The position numbers were made by a program, and so were the translations under genes. 64,000 nucleotides of DNA from the NCBI RefSeq assembly GCF_020745735.1, contig NC_083442.1:21987562-22051561 (forward strand), in the 5' to 3' direction. Origin of the DNA: Hemiscyllium ocellatum (lineage: Eukaryota). Below the pieces are notes generated by a model that worked only from the letters and a program-made list of their open reading frames with translations, made no database searches and had not been told where the DNA came from. Positions 49,331-62,699 of this stretch are shown here, one piece after another; position 1 is the stretch's first letter, and each line of letters opens with the position of its first letter.

Positions 49331-49799
49331 GAAGCCCTGTGATTGAGGCTGGAGTGACTTCGGTCTTTGTCTAACCAACCCAATTTTCAATCCAATGTGT
49401 AAGTTATCTCCATGCCTTTTTGCTGGAGGTGAAACGCAGCAAAAAATATGGTTTTGGGGCATGGTCTTATTTGATCCCAGTCGGTGAGATGGACTCGGTG
49501 ATATTATTCATTGCCCACACAAAAGTGGGCTTTGTTGTCTTAGCCGTCGTTTATTGCCCCATTCCTCATTGCTCAGAAAATCGTCAACCGCATTGATGTG
49601 GGTCTGGAGTCACATGTAGACTGAACCAGGTATAGGCTGCAGTTTCATGAAGAAAGTAAGGTTTTTATGATAGTCAGCAATGATTCCATTCAGTTTAGAT
49701 TTTCCCACATAGTGTGGAGAGATTCAAACCCATGCCCCAGAACATGGGTTTGGGTTGCTACTCCAACAATATTGCCCCTACACCACGGCCTTTCTTGGT

Positions 49800-50325
49800 T
49801 CAGGTGTTGAAGATTTGAGCTTGCATGTCATTATGGAGTAGATGCAAAGCAGGAATGTGATGGAATGTTCTTCATTGACCTGGATGAGCACAAGACCAAT
49901 GATGCTCATGCAGCTTGATGTCATCGATGACAAGGCAATCCATTTGATGATGATCCCATTCACCAACTGAAACCTTCTCGTCTCCTGCTGCTATTATGCA
50001 GTACCAACAGCACTGTGCCCGATCTATGAGATGCACTGCAGCAAGACAGAGGTTCCTTCAGCAGCACCTTCCAAACTCTCAACCTCCACTAGCTGGGAGG
50101 ATAAGGGCAGAAGCAACACTGGGATATTACTATCTAGAAGTTAACCTCCAGCTCATACATATCCTTATTCAAATTCCTGAGCTTTCCACTTAGCCGCACT
50201 GTGGGTGCATGTGGACTGCAGTTGGCCAAGATGATGTCTAACCACCACCACCCTCTCAAGGGCAATTTGGAATGGGCAATAAATGCTGATCTTGCCAGCG
50301 GCACACTCAACCCAAGAATGGGAAA
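49800..50325 (+). mobile_element. L2-like LINE 3' fragment sharing its tail with SINE family 2
   Basis: gcaggaatgtgatggaatg...caccaccctctcaagggcaatttggaatgggcaataaatgctg. Confidence 0.6.
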
Positions 50326-51044
50326 CAGAAGAGAACAGATCACCGACTTCATTGTGCTTATCTTCATGATATCTGCAAATACACTTCAGAAGCATTAATA
50401 TTGGCTGAAAGGTGCTTTGGGACATTGTGATGTGAATGATGGTGTATAAATAGCACGTCCTTTTCTTTTTTTTAAAACTCTTTGGCAAATAATAATGCAA
50501 CTCTGAAGGAACAAATTCACCGAGAAGCTATCTGACAAATTGATAAATGAATCGAAACCACAGTTGGAGGCGAATGTTGGCGCGTCACTGAAGTGTACAG
50601 CACAAAGACGAATTGCAGTCTATTGTTTCAGGCCAATGATGATTCAAGTTCAAAAATATCTTATCATTTGGCTTCGCTCTGTAAACCTGGTCAGGATGCA
50701 ATCGTGTCAGTGGCATGGCGAGTAATATTCACACCACATAAATGCCAGGCGATGAACATTTCTAGCAAGTGAAGGTTTGATCATTTTCCCCCCTCATGTT
50801 TGTTGGCATAGCCATTGTCTGCTTCCTTACCATTGACATCTTGGGGGTCACCATTCATCAGGAACTCCTTCTCCAATAGCACTGTGGGAGTACTTACACC
50901 ACATAAACTTGCAGCAGGTCATCTGCATGGGTATATGAAAAGGAAGGTTTCAGAGGGATACCATAGGCTAAGTGCTGGCAAATAGTAGTAGATTAATTTA
51001 GGAAAGCTGTTCAATGTGGACGAGTTGGACCAAAGGACCAAAGG

Positions 51045-51393
51045 TCAGGCAGCATCCGAGCAGCAGGAAAATCGGCGTTTTGGGCAAAAGAACTTCTGCT
51101 CGGATGCTGCCTGACCTGCTGTGCTTTTCCAGCACCACTCTAATCTAGACTCTGGTTTCCAGTATCTGCAGTCCTCACTTTTGCCAAAGGACCAAAGGTG
51201 AAAATGTATTGCTGGAAAAGCGCAGCAGGTCAGGCAGCATCCAAGGAACAGGAGAATCGACGTTTCGGGCATAAGCCCTTTATGCCTGAAACGTCGATTC
51301 TCCTGCTCCTTGGATGCTGCCTGACCTGTTGCGCTGTTCCAGCTACACATTTTCACCTCTGATCTCCAGCATCTGCAGACCTCACTTCCTCCT
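51045..51393. mobile_element. Two adjacent palindromic PLE-derived elements inside a HER1 tail
   Basis: Palindromes 51045-51184 and 51199-51393 are separated and flanked by caaaggaccaaagg (51031-51044, 51185-51198, 51394-51407). Confidence 0.8.
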
Positions 51394-51590
51394 CAAAGGA
51401 CCAAAGGGTCAGTTTTTGTGCTATACGTTTCTGTAACTCCACAACACGACTTACCGTCATCATTTTGGAGGGCAGGTGGGGATGGGCAATAAATGCTGAG
51501 CTGGCTAACTTTATGTCAACATATAGCATAATTAAGTGTCACCTAGCTTTAGATTATAATTTTATCTTTAAGTCAGATATGGTTGTGAGC

Positions 51591-53498
51591 TTTCTTTACT
51601 GAAGCAAAGCAATTATTAATGATGGGAGAGGATTTTGTTTTCAGTTTTGTAACACAAACCACATGAAAGAGGCAGGGTAACCATTGGGGAGTCATCGTAA
51701 TTGCAGGATTTTTTATCAGCCACAGAATCAGCAAAGCTAAACTGATCCATGAAAATAACATCTCTATAAAATTATTTAGCAGCTTTCCTACACAATAAAC
51801 ATGCTTGGTAAATTTGATGAGTTGTAGCGATGCCAGTTCGAGCTGCCATAATGGATGATTCTTCTTCAGTTCATACTGAAATGTTAGTCTCAGAACAAAG
51901 AGGCATCAACTTAAACTGAGCTAATGAGGAATTTCTTTCTTTTGTCTTCATTCATGGGATGAGGGCATTTCAGGCTAGGCCAGCATTTATTACCCATTCT
52001 TAATTGCCCAGAGGGAGTTCAGTCAACCCCATTGCTGTGGGCCTGGAGTCACAGGTAGGCTAGACAAGGTAAGGATGGCAGTTTCCTTCCCTAAAGGGCA
52101 TTTGCGAACCAGGTGGATTTTTCCAAAGGTCGGTAATGGATTCATGGTCATCATTAGAGTCTTAATTCCAGATTTCTATTGAATTCAAATCCCACCATCT
52201 GCCGTGGTGGGATTCAAACCCATGTTCCCAGAACATTCGATTGGTCTCTAGATTAATAGTCCAATGATAATACCACTGGGCCTTCACCTCAACTCTTCTC
52301 TGAGAGCCTTTGGAACCCCTTGTGAGAGAGAGCTATGTGAGCAGAGTCCTTGTATATATTTAAATCTAAGTCTTGATCAGTGGGAAAATTGAGGGTTTTG
52401 GGGGAGAGGCCCAAAGGTGGACATGAAGAGTTTTTGATCAGCCATGATCCTATTGAAAGGCAGAGTAGACTCAAGGGGCCAAATGGCCTGTGTTCCTATT
52501 TCTTATGAAATTAATTTCTACTTTTTTTAAGATCTTTCAGGATGTAGGCATCGTTGGGGATCCACCATTTGCTGTCCCATTCTGCAATGAAGGTGATGGT
52601 GAACATTTCATTGGTGTTGCAATTCATCATGCCTTCAGCAAAGGCATTTCAGAAAGCAGAACTGACACCATTGTGTAGGCAACGTGTACAGCCACACTAT
52701 ACACAGCAAACATCACAAAGTCACCCGATAGAATGACCCGTCCATTAGAGTCCGGGTGGTGAGGCTTGAGAAAAGAACTTTACGTTGGAAAGAGAAAACT
52801 TGTTCCTTCTCTTCAAATAGTATTTGGTGTCTGGCATAACCATATATGCATTAATAATGACTACACTGTAGTAAATAATTCACAAATTGAGAAAAGGTTT
52901 GGGATGATCCCGAGATATAAAGGTTAAGTCTGAATTCTTTTTTTCTCTCTCGTTTCACAGAGAAAGACAGGTCTTCGGAGAACAGCATATCCAAACATAG
53001 GCGCTTCTTAACAATGTAGCAGTTCCTCAGTAGGGCCCACATGTGACTCCAGACCCACAGCAATGTGGTTTACTCTGAGCTGCCCTCTGGGCAATTAGGC
53101 ATGGGTAATAAATGCTGGCCTGGGCAGGGATGCCCTCATCCCATGAACTAATGCAAAAGAAAGAAAATAGAAATTCCTCCCTATCACGGTCTTAAGTTGA
53201 TGCCCCTTTGTTCTGAGGCTGACATTTCAAGTTCAGTATGAACATAAGAAGCATTATGGCAGCTCTGCATCTCATCAAATTTACCAAGCATGTTTATTGT
53301 GTAGGAAAGCTGCTAAGTAATTTTATAGAGATGTAATTTTCATGGATCTGTTTAGCTTTGCTGATTCTATGGATGATAAAAATCCTGCAATTACTCTGAC
53401 CCCCAATGGTTACCCCGTCTCTTTGCCGCTGTTGTGTTGCAAAACTGAAAGCAAACTCCTCTCCCATCATTAATAAATGCTTTGCTTCAGTAAAGAAA
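51591..53498. repeat. Long inverted repeat: arms 51591-~52060 and ~53034-53498, ~970-bp spacer
   Basis: The arms are reverse complements, including a perfect 46-nt run ttagcagctttcctacacaataaacatgcttggtaaatttgatgag. The ORF track shows the shared peptide SSPIIN.CFASVKK on opposite strands. Confidence 0.9.
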
Positions 53499-53869
53499 CA
53501 AGTGCGGTCTTGCCATCAATTTTCACAGAAGACACAGCTGAATCAAAGTCAATACTGTAAATGCAAAACGAGAAAGGATGATGTGCATTTAAAGCAAACC
53601 TTCACAGCCTCAGCATCTCGCAAGGTATTTTACAGGCAAAGATTACATACCTCACTGTTGTCATGTTAAAATTGCAGGAACCCAGTTTGTATGTAGTAAA
53701 CTCCCACAAACAGCCAATATGTTCACGATCAAATAATTTGTCCTTGTGACATTGCTTGAGGGCTAAATATGGCTGAGAAAATGAAAGAGAACATACCTGC
53801 TCTTTTTAAATAGTGCCGTGGGATCTTTTATACCACTGCCTAATAAATCAAAGTCCCGAACCTGAAATA

Positions 53870-54110
53870 GTTGGAAAAGCTCAACAGGTTGTGAAGAGCA
53901 ATCTGTGTTAAAGTTTCGGGTCGAGTGACTCTTCCTCAGAGCTGATGGTGGCAATTTATACAAATGGGCATTTCCTAGCTCAGTTCTCAGGAAGGGGACA
54001 CTTGACCTGAAAAGCTAACTGTGATTTCTCTCCACAGATGCTGCCAGACCTGCTGAGTTTTTCCAGCAATTTCTGTTTTTGTTTCTGATTTACAGCACTT
54101 TCAGTTTTTA
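53870..54110. mobile_element. Penelope-derived family B inverted element
   Basis: gtttcgggtcgagtgactcttcctcaga faces ggaaggggacacttgacctgaaa...cagatgctgccagacctgctgag. Confidence 0.6.
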
Positions 54111-54119
54111 AATTGAAGC

Positions 54120-54320
54120 CCTGCTTGCTTTAGCATCTCAGTCAGAGGGCTGCGTCTGCAATTATGCTGCAGTACTCCATGCAGCTCTGGGCGTTTCAAT
54201 CTGCATTGTGGGGTGGTCAATATTTATCTTTCATGACCAAGTAAACAAATTATATGCTCACTATCACACTGCTGTTTGTGAGACCTGTATTTGACTTGCC
54301 CACCACATTTCTTGCATTAG
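54120..54320 (+). mobile_element. Deu-domain SINE remnant
   Basis: gtcaatatttatc...ctatcacactgctgtttgtgagacc...cacatttcttgcatta. Confidence 0.5.
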
Positions 54321-54489
54321 ATTTACGTTATTAGCTGCCAATCTCATTGGGATATTATTCTGGAAAGAAGATCTGTTGCCAAAGTTTTACCTTTCACTTA
54401 TCAGGACAAATGCAAGAATGCCAAAATTTCAAATGAACACAGCAGTTTGTACTATGTGGGAAAAGGATGCTGGTTGGCAAAGTCAGCTC

Positions 54490-55830
54490 TGTGGTATTGC
54501 CTTGGAGGAGCTGGAGTTCAAATTTGGCATACTTGGGTTGGTCCTGATCAGTGAAAGAGGAAAAGTATTGGGAATGGGTGCCTCTCTTTTCAGGATACCT
54601 TGAGCTTGGCTGTTTGGCAGAATAGAGAGTGGGGATAAAAGGGTCCTTCTCAGGTTGGCAGCTGGTGACAACTGGTGTTCCTCAAGGCTCCGTGTTGGGA
54701 CCACAACTTTTCACTTTATACATTAACAATCCAGATGAAGGATTGAGGGTACTCTGGCTCAGTTTGCAGATGATACAAAGATAGGCAGAGTGACCGGTAG
54801 CATTGAGGAGACGGAGAGGTTGCAGAAGGATTTGGACAGATTAGGAGAGTGAGCAAACGAGTGGTAGCTGGAGTACAACATGGGAAAGTGTGAGGTCATA
54901 CACTTTGGTAAGAAGAATAGAGACATAGACTATTTTCAAAATGGGGAGAAAATTCAGAAATCTCAAGTGCAAAGAGATTAAATTAGATTACTTACAGTGT
55001 GGAAACAGGCCCTTCGGCCCAACAAGTTCACACCGACCCGCCGAAGCGCAACCCACCCATACCTCTACATTTACCCCTTACCTAACACTAGGGTAATTTA
55101 GCATGGCCAATTCACCTGACCTGCACATCTTTGGACTGTCGGAGGAAACTGGAGTACCCGGAGGAAACCAGTTCAATCCAGTTGGGAGTTCAATCCAGGA
55201 TTTTCTCAAGGTAAACTTGAGTCAGTAGTTACGAAGGCAAATGCAATGATAGCGTTTATTTTGAGAGGACTTGAATATAAAAGCCAGGATGTACTTCTGA
55301 GGCTCAATAAGGCTCTGGATGACATTTGGAGTATTGTGTCCCGTTTTGGGCCACATATCTCAGGAAAGAGCTACTGGCCTTGGAGTGTGTTCAGAGGAGG
55401 TTCATGAAAATGGTCCCAGGAATGAAAAGCTTAACATATGAGGAATGTTTGAGGACGCTGGGTCTGTACTCAATGGATTTAGAAGGATGATGGGGGGGAA
55501 TCTAATTGAAACATACAGAATATTGAATGGCCTGGACAGAGTAGATGTTGGGAAGACTAGGATCCGAGGGCACAGCCTTAGAGTAAAAGGAAGACCTTTT
55601 AGAACGAAGATAAGGAGAAACTTCTTCAGCCAGCGAGTGGTGAATCTATGGAATTCACTGCTTCAGAAGCTGTGGAGCCCAGGTCATTGAGTATATTTAA
55701 GACTGAGAGAGGTTCTCAGGTTACAGGGAGAAAGCAGGAGAATGGGGCTGAGAAACTTAACAGCCATGTTTGAATAGCAGACCAAATGCAATGGGCTGAA
55801 TGGCCTCATTTCTGCTGCTATGCCATGTGG
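54490..55830 (+). mobile_element. CR1 LINE RT C-terminus plus 3' UTR with a nested antisense HE1 3' part (54975-55170)
   Basis: gttcctcaaggctccgtgttgggacc (VPQGSVLGP), tttgcagatgatacaaag (FADDTK), and ORF 55445-55690. Confidence 0.88.
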
Positions 55831-57019
55831 TCCTATGAATGCAAATCTTGGCTGTTTGTACTGTTTGACATTTGCAAATTGGATCGGATGGTCTGTCTTA
55901 ACAGTTCTGATCTCTTGCATTTACAAGGTTCTCTGCATTCTGCAACTGCAGGTCAGGTTTGTGATCCTAATATGCGATCAGAAAATAAAATTCCATCGTA
56001 AGGGTAGGTCACTCACGCTGAACCTTCAGTCTGTCTGTGTTAGTTTGCCTGCTGCATCGCTAATTCAACATGCAATTACATTCGCTTTCCTGTCTCAGCC
56101 TCAAATTTAAATCGCTGATTATTTGCGCAGAATGAATACACTCTGATTCCTGATATGTTTTGGTAATTTACTTTTGATTTCCAACGACCCCATAAGACTT
56201 GCCATCTAATTCCAATGCAAATTCAGAAATGTACAGGGTTTCTGATGTACTCTTCAGTGACAGCAATATTGAAACCAAGCAGGGAGATTTTCTGAACATC
56301 GCGTACTTGTGGGAAATAGGAGAGTCGCATGGTCGGGGGAGCAGTAAGCTGATCATCCAGTGCTAAGGACTGAGTCCACATTCAGACTATTCACACTATG
56401 TGTGATCGACCAAGACTCTGGGATTTGAACCAGATGTTCTGCTCCATGTTAAGTGTTTGGGTTATGAGGCGAGGAATGATCGGATCATCCCCAACTTGCT
56501 GATATCTATAAGCTGGGCTTTGGCATTGAGACCTGTTTGTTTGTTCAGTCCTGTAAGGTTTTAGAATATCTCCAGCTGGTGTATTGGTTGAGCATGCCTG
56601 AATTTTAAAGGTGTGCGGCAAAATGAGCATTAATACTGTTGTGTTCTCGTGCATCTGGAGAGGCAAGTCAACAGGATGGGAATGTGGGGCTGACCATTTT
56701 ACTGCTGTTTCGAACTTATTGTCTTGTGAGGACAAACAGAAAAATGGCAACACCCACCTATTCAACTTGCTGCACATTACAAATTGAAGGAATGTGGGAA
56801 CGTCTGATGCTGACCGTGTCTGTACAGTCCCTCATAGTTTGAAATGCTCTCGAAGAGGAATTTGTATCTTTTGCTAAGTTGTACGAAAAAATTAGTCTTA
56901 AATTTTTATCTATGAAAAGGATACATTGTTGGCAGGAACAATTCATAAAAATGTTGCGTTGAAATTGTCCTTAGAATTAAAATTTGCATAATTTAGTGCA
57001 TTTACAGACTGCTTCCATC

Positions 57020-57540
57020 TGCATAGGGTCAAACAGACCCTTTGGTCCAACCAGTCCACCCTGACAATCAACCCAATCTAAACACGTCCCAACTGCCTGT
57101 GCTTGGCTCATATCCCTCAAACATTTCTTATTCATGTAATTATCCAACTGTATCAGCATCTACCAAATCCTCTAGAAGTTCACTTCACACAGGAATGACT
57201 CTGTGTAAAAAAAAAAGTTGTCCCTCATGTCTTGTTTAAATTTTTCTCCTCTCACCTTACAAGAAATATGATCCCAATCTTGAAATCTCCAACCCTAAGG
57301 ACAAGACACCCTGCATTCATCATATCTATATTCCTCTATAAGGTCACCTCTCAATCTCCTCCACTCCAGTGGAAAGACTCAGCCCATCCAGCCTCTCCTT
57401 TTTGTTCACATCCTCCATTCCTAGCACCATCCTGGTAAATCTCGTCTGAACTCTCTCTGGCTTAATAACATCCTTCCTACAACAAGGTGACCAGAAGTGG
57501 ACACAGAACTCCAGAAGATGCCTCACCAATGTCATGTACA
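57020..57540 (-). mobile_element. HER1/CR1 3' fragment
   Basis: ORF 57344-57541 (LVRHLLEFCVHFWSPCCRKDVIKPERVQTRFTRM). Confidence 0.8.
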
Positions 57541-58334
57541 ACTTGGTGTGAAGCTTCTCATCCCCTCTGTTTCTTAAAGCTGAACATGTACTGTCTGGTT
57601 TTGAAAGTGTGGATTCACTGCACTGAGTACTTGTCAGTTGAAGCTAATCCATTCCTGCATTGCTAACTTGGCTGCCAATTCTTACCAAAAACGCATTTGT
57701 AACATTGCATTCAGCAATAGCCTATTCTAATGCTGCGTTTGTTGCACTAAATGGTACTGTGTCTTGGCTAAGTATTCATTTATTTCAAAAGCTGTTGTTC
57801 CCTGATGCTGAGTCAAGCTGATGGGGATGTGACCAGCCAGACTGGCATAAACTCTGTAGACCTGTCCTCCACAACTTTACTCATAAGGCGTTTTACATCA
57901 GCTCGGAATTTAAAAGAGAGACTCAGTGCACTTAAACATTTAATACATTTCATGGAAGATTCATGAAACAAAATTTGACACTGAGCCCCTTAAGGAGTTA
58001 GTAGTATACTTGACCAAAGAGAGAAGTTTTGATCAATGTTTTACAGGAGTTGGAAGTGGAGAGATTCAGAATACAGGCAGCTGAAGGCATGGCCACCAAT
58101 GGTGGATTAATTAAAATTAGTGACATGCCAAAACCAAGATTAGCGAATATGCATCATGAGGACATTGCATGAAGCCTATATATTATTCTATATCTTTGGT
58201 TGAAGACTTGAGAAATAAAGAATTGCATTGATGTAGAATCTATCCAAACCTCCTAAAACACTTTACAGACATCTAGACATCTGGTGTAATGTAGGAAAAG
58301 CGACAGGCAGCTTACATGGCAGCAAACTCTGTTG

Positions 58335-58900
58335 TCATTTTTATTTATTCATTCACGGGATCAGGGCATCACTGGCTAGGCCAGCATTTATTGCCCATCC
58401 CTAATTGCCCAGAGGGCATTTGACAATCAACCACATTGCTGTGGGATCTGGAGTGACAATGTAGGCCAGACCCGGTAAGCATGGCAGATTCCTTCCCTGG
58501 AGGGCAAGAGTGAACCAGATGGGTTTTTCCTGACAATTCATAATGGTCGTTATTAGGTTCTTAATTCCACTTTTTTTTACTGAAGTCGAATTCCACCATT
58601 TGCTTGTCTGGGTGAAATTTGAACCCAGGACCCAGAACAATAACTAGGTCAATACTCTAGTGATAGTACTACCAGGCGAAAGTGAGGACTGCAGATGCTG
58701 GAGATTAGAGTCAAGGTTAGAGTGGTGCTGGAAAATCACAGCAGGTCAGGCAACATCTGAAGAGCAGGAAAATTGACGTTTCAGGCAGGAGCCCCTTCAT
58801 CAGGAATCCTCATGAAAGGCTCCTGTCCGAAATGTCGATTTTTTTTCCTGCTCCTCGGATGCTGCCTGACCTGCTGTGAAAATACTACTAGGCCATTACT
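58335..58900 (-). mobile_element. SINE family 2 with a nested palindromic PLE element (~58676-58878)
   Basis: ttattcattcacgggatcagggcatcactggctaggccagc tail. tactac(c/t)aggc flanks the PLE palindrome. Confidence 0.7.
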
Positions 58901-59399
58901 GCCTCCCAAAACATTACTGTTTCAGGGTTAAGTAACGAATAGGGCACTGGAGAGAGAGCCCCTGTCTTTAGTGTTGTAGAATCTCTCCTGGCCACCTAAC
59001 TTGGCATGCTGAACATCTCGCTCATCGGCATTATTTGCAGCTGTTTGATTTTCTGAAAAGAGCTGGCGAAGGAAAGACTCATTCTTTTAAGATTAGACAT
59101 GTCTGAGCTTTGTAATTACTTTCCATTTTCAAAGGAATTAGATTAAGGTTATTATCTCAGGTGTTGCTTCTTCTTGTCTCATGTAATTTACACTGCATCA
59201 ATTTCACTAACTGCAGCAGACGCTTGATGCTAATCACAGCCCAGCTCCCTGGAATGAGTTTGTCCTCGACATGAATTGTTGCACATTTTGAACATCATTC
59301 TGGGCCCCGAGTTGCGGTGCTACCATTATCCTTGTATTTATTCTTCCAGGTAAAGTGAAGCATGCCAGCTTGGCTGTGCTGGTGGCACTCATTGCTAAC

Positions 59400-59950
59400 A
59401 TATGAACTGGAGGCCATTTGGCCCCTCGCTCTGATTCTGCCATTCAATATGATCAGGATGTGACCTTGACTCCACATTCCCATCGTGGCTTTGATTCCCT
59501 TGTTAGTCAAGCATCTCCTTTCCCTCTTGAAAATACTCAGTGCCCCCCCCACCTTCACCACCTTTAAGGCCCAGCAATTAACAAAGCAAGGCCTCATGAA
59601 TCTTAAGAACTCTCTGGGACAGAGGGGAAGAAACATTCTCATCTTTCTTAAATGGGAAACCCCGTGTTGGTAAACAGTATCCAAGCCTACCTCGTAAGGA
59701 GAGCAACATTTTTAACTTGCACCCTGTCAAGACCCCTCATTTCTGAAAGCCTGAAGATTTATAGAGTCATGGAATCCCTACAGCGTGGAAGTGGGCCATT
59801 TGGCCCATTGAGTCCATGCCGACCCTCTGAAGAACATCCCACACAGACCCACCCCTGACCATATTTCTGTAACCCTGCATTTCCCATGGCTAACCTGCCT
59901 GGTCTGCCCATCCCTGGACACATGGATCATCCACCTAACCTGCACATCTT
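59400..59950 (-). mobile_element. CR1 3' fragment (59400-59745) plus HE1 3' part (59760-59950)
   Basis: ORF 59295-59684 contains VVKVGGALSIFKRE...CLTNKGIK; the HE1 tail is tagagtcatggaatccctacagcg. Confidence 0.65.
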
Positions 59951-60379
59951 TGCCCCACTCCCAGAATTTGTTATCTAAGTTGACACCAGTGCTGTATAGC
60001 CCATGATACTGCCTTTGTTACAAACTGTACGTCTGTTTGGGGGAATCTCATGACCTTATGAGGAGAATGGTGCTGAGTTTTATTAGTCCAGAATTTCCCC
60101 TTCATCCATGAGAACGTCGTGGTATTTGGGATCTTGCTGCACACTAAATGTCACATTTACCTACCTACCACAGTAATCCTGTGGCTACAAAGTGTTTGAC
60201 ATGTGATTGTAAAAATGGCAGATTTTTCTTTACTGCAACGAAGTTCTTCTCTGTTCAGTGGTGAGTGAATCCATAGTTGTCCATCCATAGTTGTATTGGA
60301 GAAGGTGTCACCACCTTGAATTGTTATAGTCCATGTGTTGAAGATTCTTCCACTGCATACAGTTTTCTATCTTGGCTAA

Positions 60380-61305
60380 CTGATTCCTTGCCACTGATGT
60401 TTGGATATATAGGAGGCATTGTTAGTAAGTTTGAGGATAACATCAAAATTGGTTGTAAAGTGGACAGTGAAGAAGGTTATTTAAGAGTATAATAGGATCT
60501 TGATCTTGGCCAGTGGGCCAAGGAATGGCAAGTGGAGTCTAATTCAGATAAATGCAAGGTGTTGCATTTTGGGAAGACAAACCAGGCAGGTCCTACACAC
60601 TCAATAGTAAGGCCTTGGGGAGTATTGTCAAATAGACAGAACCAGGACTGCAGATACATAGTTCCTTGGCATCACAGGTAGACAGGGTGGTGAAGAAGGC
60701 ATTTGGCACGCTTGCCTTCATCAGTCAGAGCACTGAGTACAGGAGTTGGAACATTGTGTTACAACTCTACAAATCATTGGTAAGGCCACAGATACAGTAG
60801 TGTATACTTCCTGTCTCCCTGCTATAGTAAGGACATTATTCAACAGGAAAGGATGCAAAACTGATTTACAAGGATATTATTGAGACTGAAAACTTTGAGC
60901 AATAAGGAGGGGCTAAAAGGGCTGGGACCTTTGTCCATGGAGCATAGAGGTTTATATAAAAAAGGAGGGGCATAGATAAGGTGAATAGCCAAGATCATTT
61001 TCCCAGAGTAGGGCAATCTAAAACTAGAGGGCACAGGTTTAAGGTGAGAGGGTAAAGATTTAAAATGGACCAGATGGGCACCTTTTTCACACACAGGGTG
61101 GTGCATGTATGGAATGAGCTGCCAGAGAAAGTGGTAGATGTGGGTACAATTAAAAGACATTTGGATAGATAAATGAATAGGAAAGATTTAGAGAGATATG
61201 GACCAAATGCAGGCTAATAGGACTAGTTCAGTTTAGGAAGGCTGGTCTGTAAGGACGAGTTGTGTTGAACGGTCTGTATCTGTGCTTTATCACTCTGTGA
61301 CTCTC
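60380..61305 (+). mobile_element. HER1/CR1 RT C-terminus plus 3' UTR
   Basis: aagtttgaggataacatcaaaattgg (decayed KFADDTKIG) through gagatatggaccaaatgcagg. Confidence 0.8.
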
Positions 61306-61899
61306 ATTCACATTCTCCAAAAGGAGGCAACACAAGACACACCAATAAGTTCTAAGTTCTCCGTCCATGAAGCTGCACTCTTTTGGCTTTGCCTTGTTAC
61401 TTGCTGGGCCTTCAGGCTGTAATCTGATGTTGGCGCCAGGGTCCCACCTGCTGGTTGGAGAACCAATGGGAAGCAGGAATCTCCACTGGAATTAAAAGGT
61501 CAGCTGTTGGGCCTTACTCAGGATTTGGACCACCCAGACTTAGAGCTCGCTAGTCTGAGGCTAGCATCTCTTCATTGTCTATCGGTGCCTCACCTATTGG
61601 AAACCTTAAGATTGCTGAGCGGCCCTGGCTCACAGGGGAATAAGGGCAGGATGAGGATTGATAAGAGAGAGGGTCTCTGACTGGGGTTGGGGAGGGGAAA
61701 AGAAGAAATGGCATGGTGGGGGTGGTTGCTCATTGTGGGTGCCTTTACTGGTGCCAGGTCCTTTCATAAGGGACTGAGCGCTTCAGAACCCATTTTGGGT
61801 TCCTTGTGCGATGACTGCTCTGAGTCCTGTTGTTGAATGGCAGTGGATTATGAACCTTATAAGAAGTCTTAGAAAGCCTTATCCACTGGGGCATAAAAG

Positions 61900-62230
61900 A
61901 CTAAAGAGACAACTTGATTGGACTATCTGAGGGAAATTAAAAAGGTGGATGTACAGACAATATTTGCTTTCATGGGAGAATCTAGAACAAAAGGTTGCTG
62001 CTTAAAAATAAGGGGCCACCCACTTAAGAGAGATGTGCGTAGAAATGTTGTCTCTTCAAGGCTTGAGAGTCTTTGAGGTTTTGCTCCCCAAGGATCAGAG
62101 CTTTGAATATTTTCGAGGCAGGAATAGGTAAATCCTCGGTAAGCAGAGAAGTGGAAGTCTATATTGGGGTTTGATGGGAATCTCGCTTGGAGGTTACAGA
62201 TGATCAAACACAATCTCCTTTAAATGGCAG
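61900..62230 (+). mobile_element. CR1 3' fragment
   Basis: gaatctagaacaaaaggttgctgcttaaaaataaggggccacccacttaag. Confidence 0.65.
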
Positions 62231-62399
62231 AGGAACCTCAAGTCCCTAACATGTCGGTTAACTGCCCACTTAAGTGATTCGGTGGGTGTCCAGGTGGAAG
62301 GTCATCAGTGAGCATTCCCACTCTGGAGTTCATTGGGATAGAGGCTGGAAATTGGTAGGTTTCCACAATTATTACTTATTAAACCTTCCCTGGGGAATT

Positions 62400-62610
62400 G
62401 ATTTAGCTGGCTGAATTGTTGGTTTGCAGACAAGTGTGATGCCAACAGCATGGGTTCAATTCCCATCACTGCTTTGAGGTTATCATGAAGGACTCTCCTT
62501 CTCAACATCTTCCCTTATCTAAGGTCTGGTGGCTCTTAGGTTAAATCATGACCAATCGCTTCTCTCTACTGAGAGAGCAGCCCCTATGGTTTGGTAAGAC
62601 TATGATGACA
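62400..62610 (+). mobile_element. tRNA-derived SINE (third family)
   Basis: tagctggctgaattg A-box-like head, gggttcaattcc B-box, tail gagagcagcccctatggtttggtaagactatgatgac. Confidence 0.65.
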
Positions 62611-62699
62611 ACAGCTAACCACCTCCCCCCTGTCATTGGGTGGGCATCATATCCAACACCCCTGCCTCAAATACTGATATTCACAGAGAAAATCAGATC

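Noticed and set aside
54150-54260. Hydrophobic frame AVLHAALGVSICIVGWSIFIF as the CD276 TM exon
   Set aside because: Overlaps a Deu-domain SINE remnant, has no good acceptor and lacks a basic stop-transfer motif.
61366-61420. Signal-peptide-like MKLHSFGFALLLAGPSGC
   Set aside because: Weak donor, no downstream exons seen, and it lies in MITE-like sequence.
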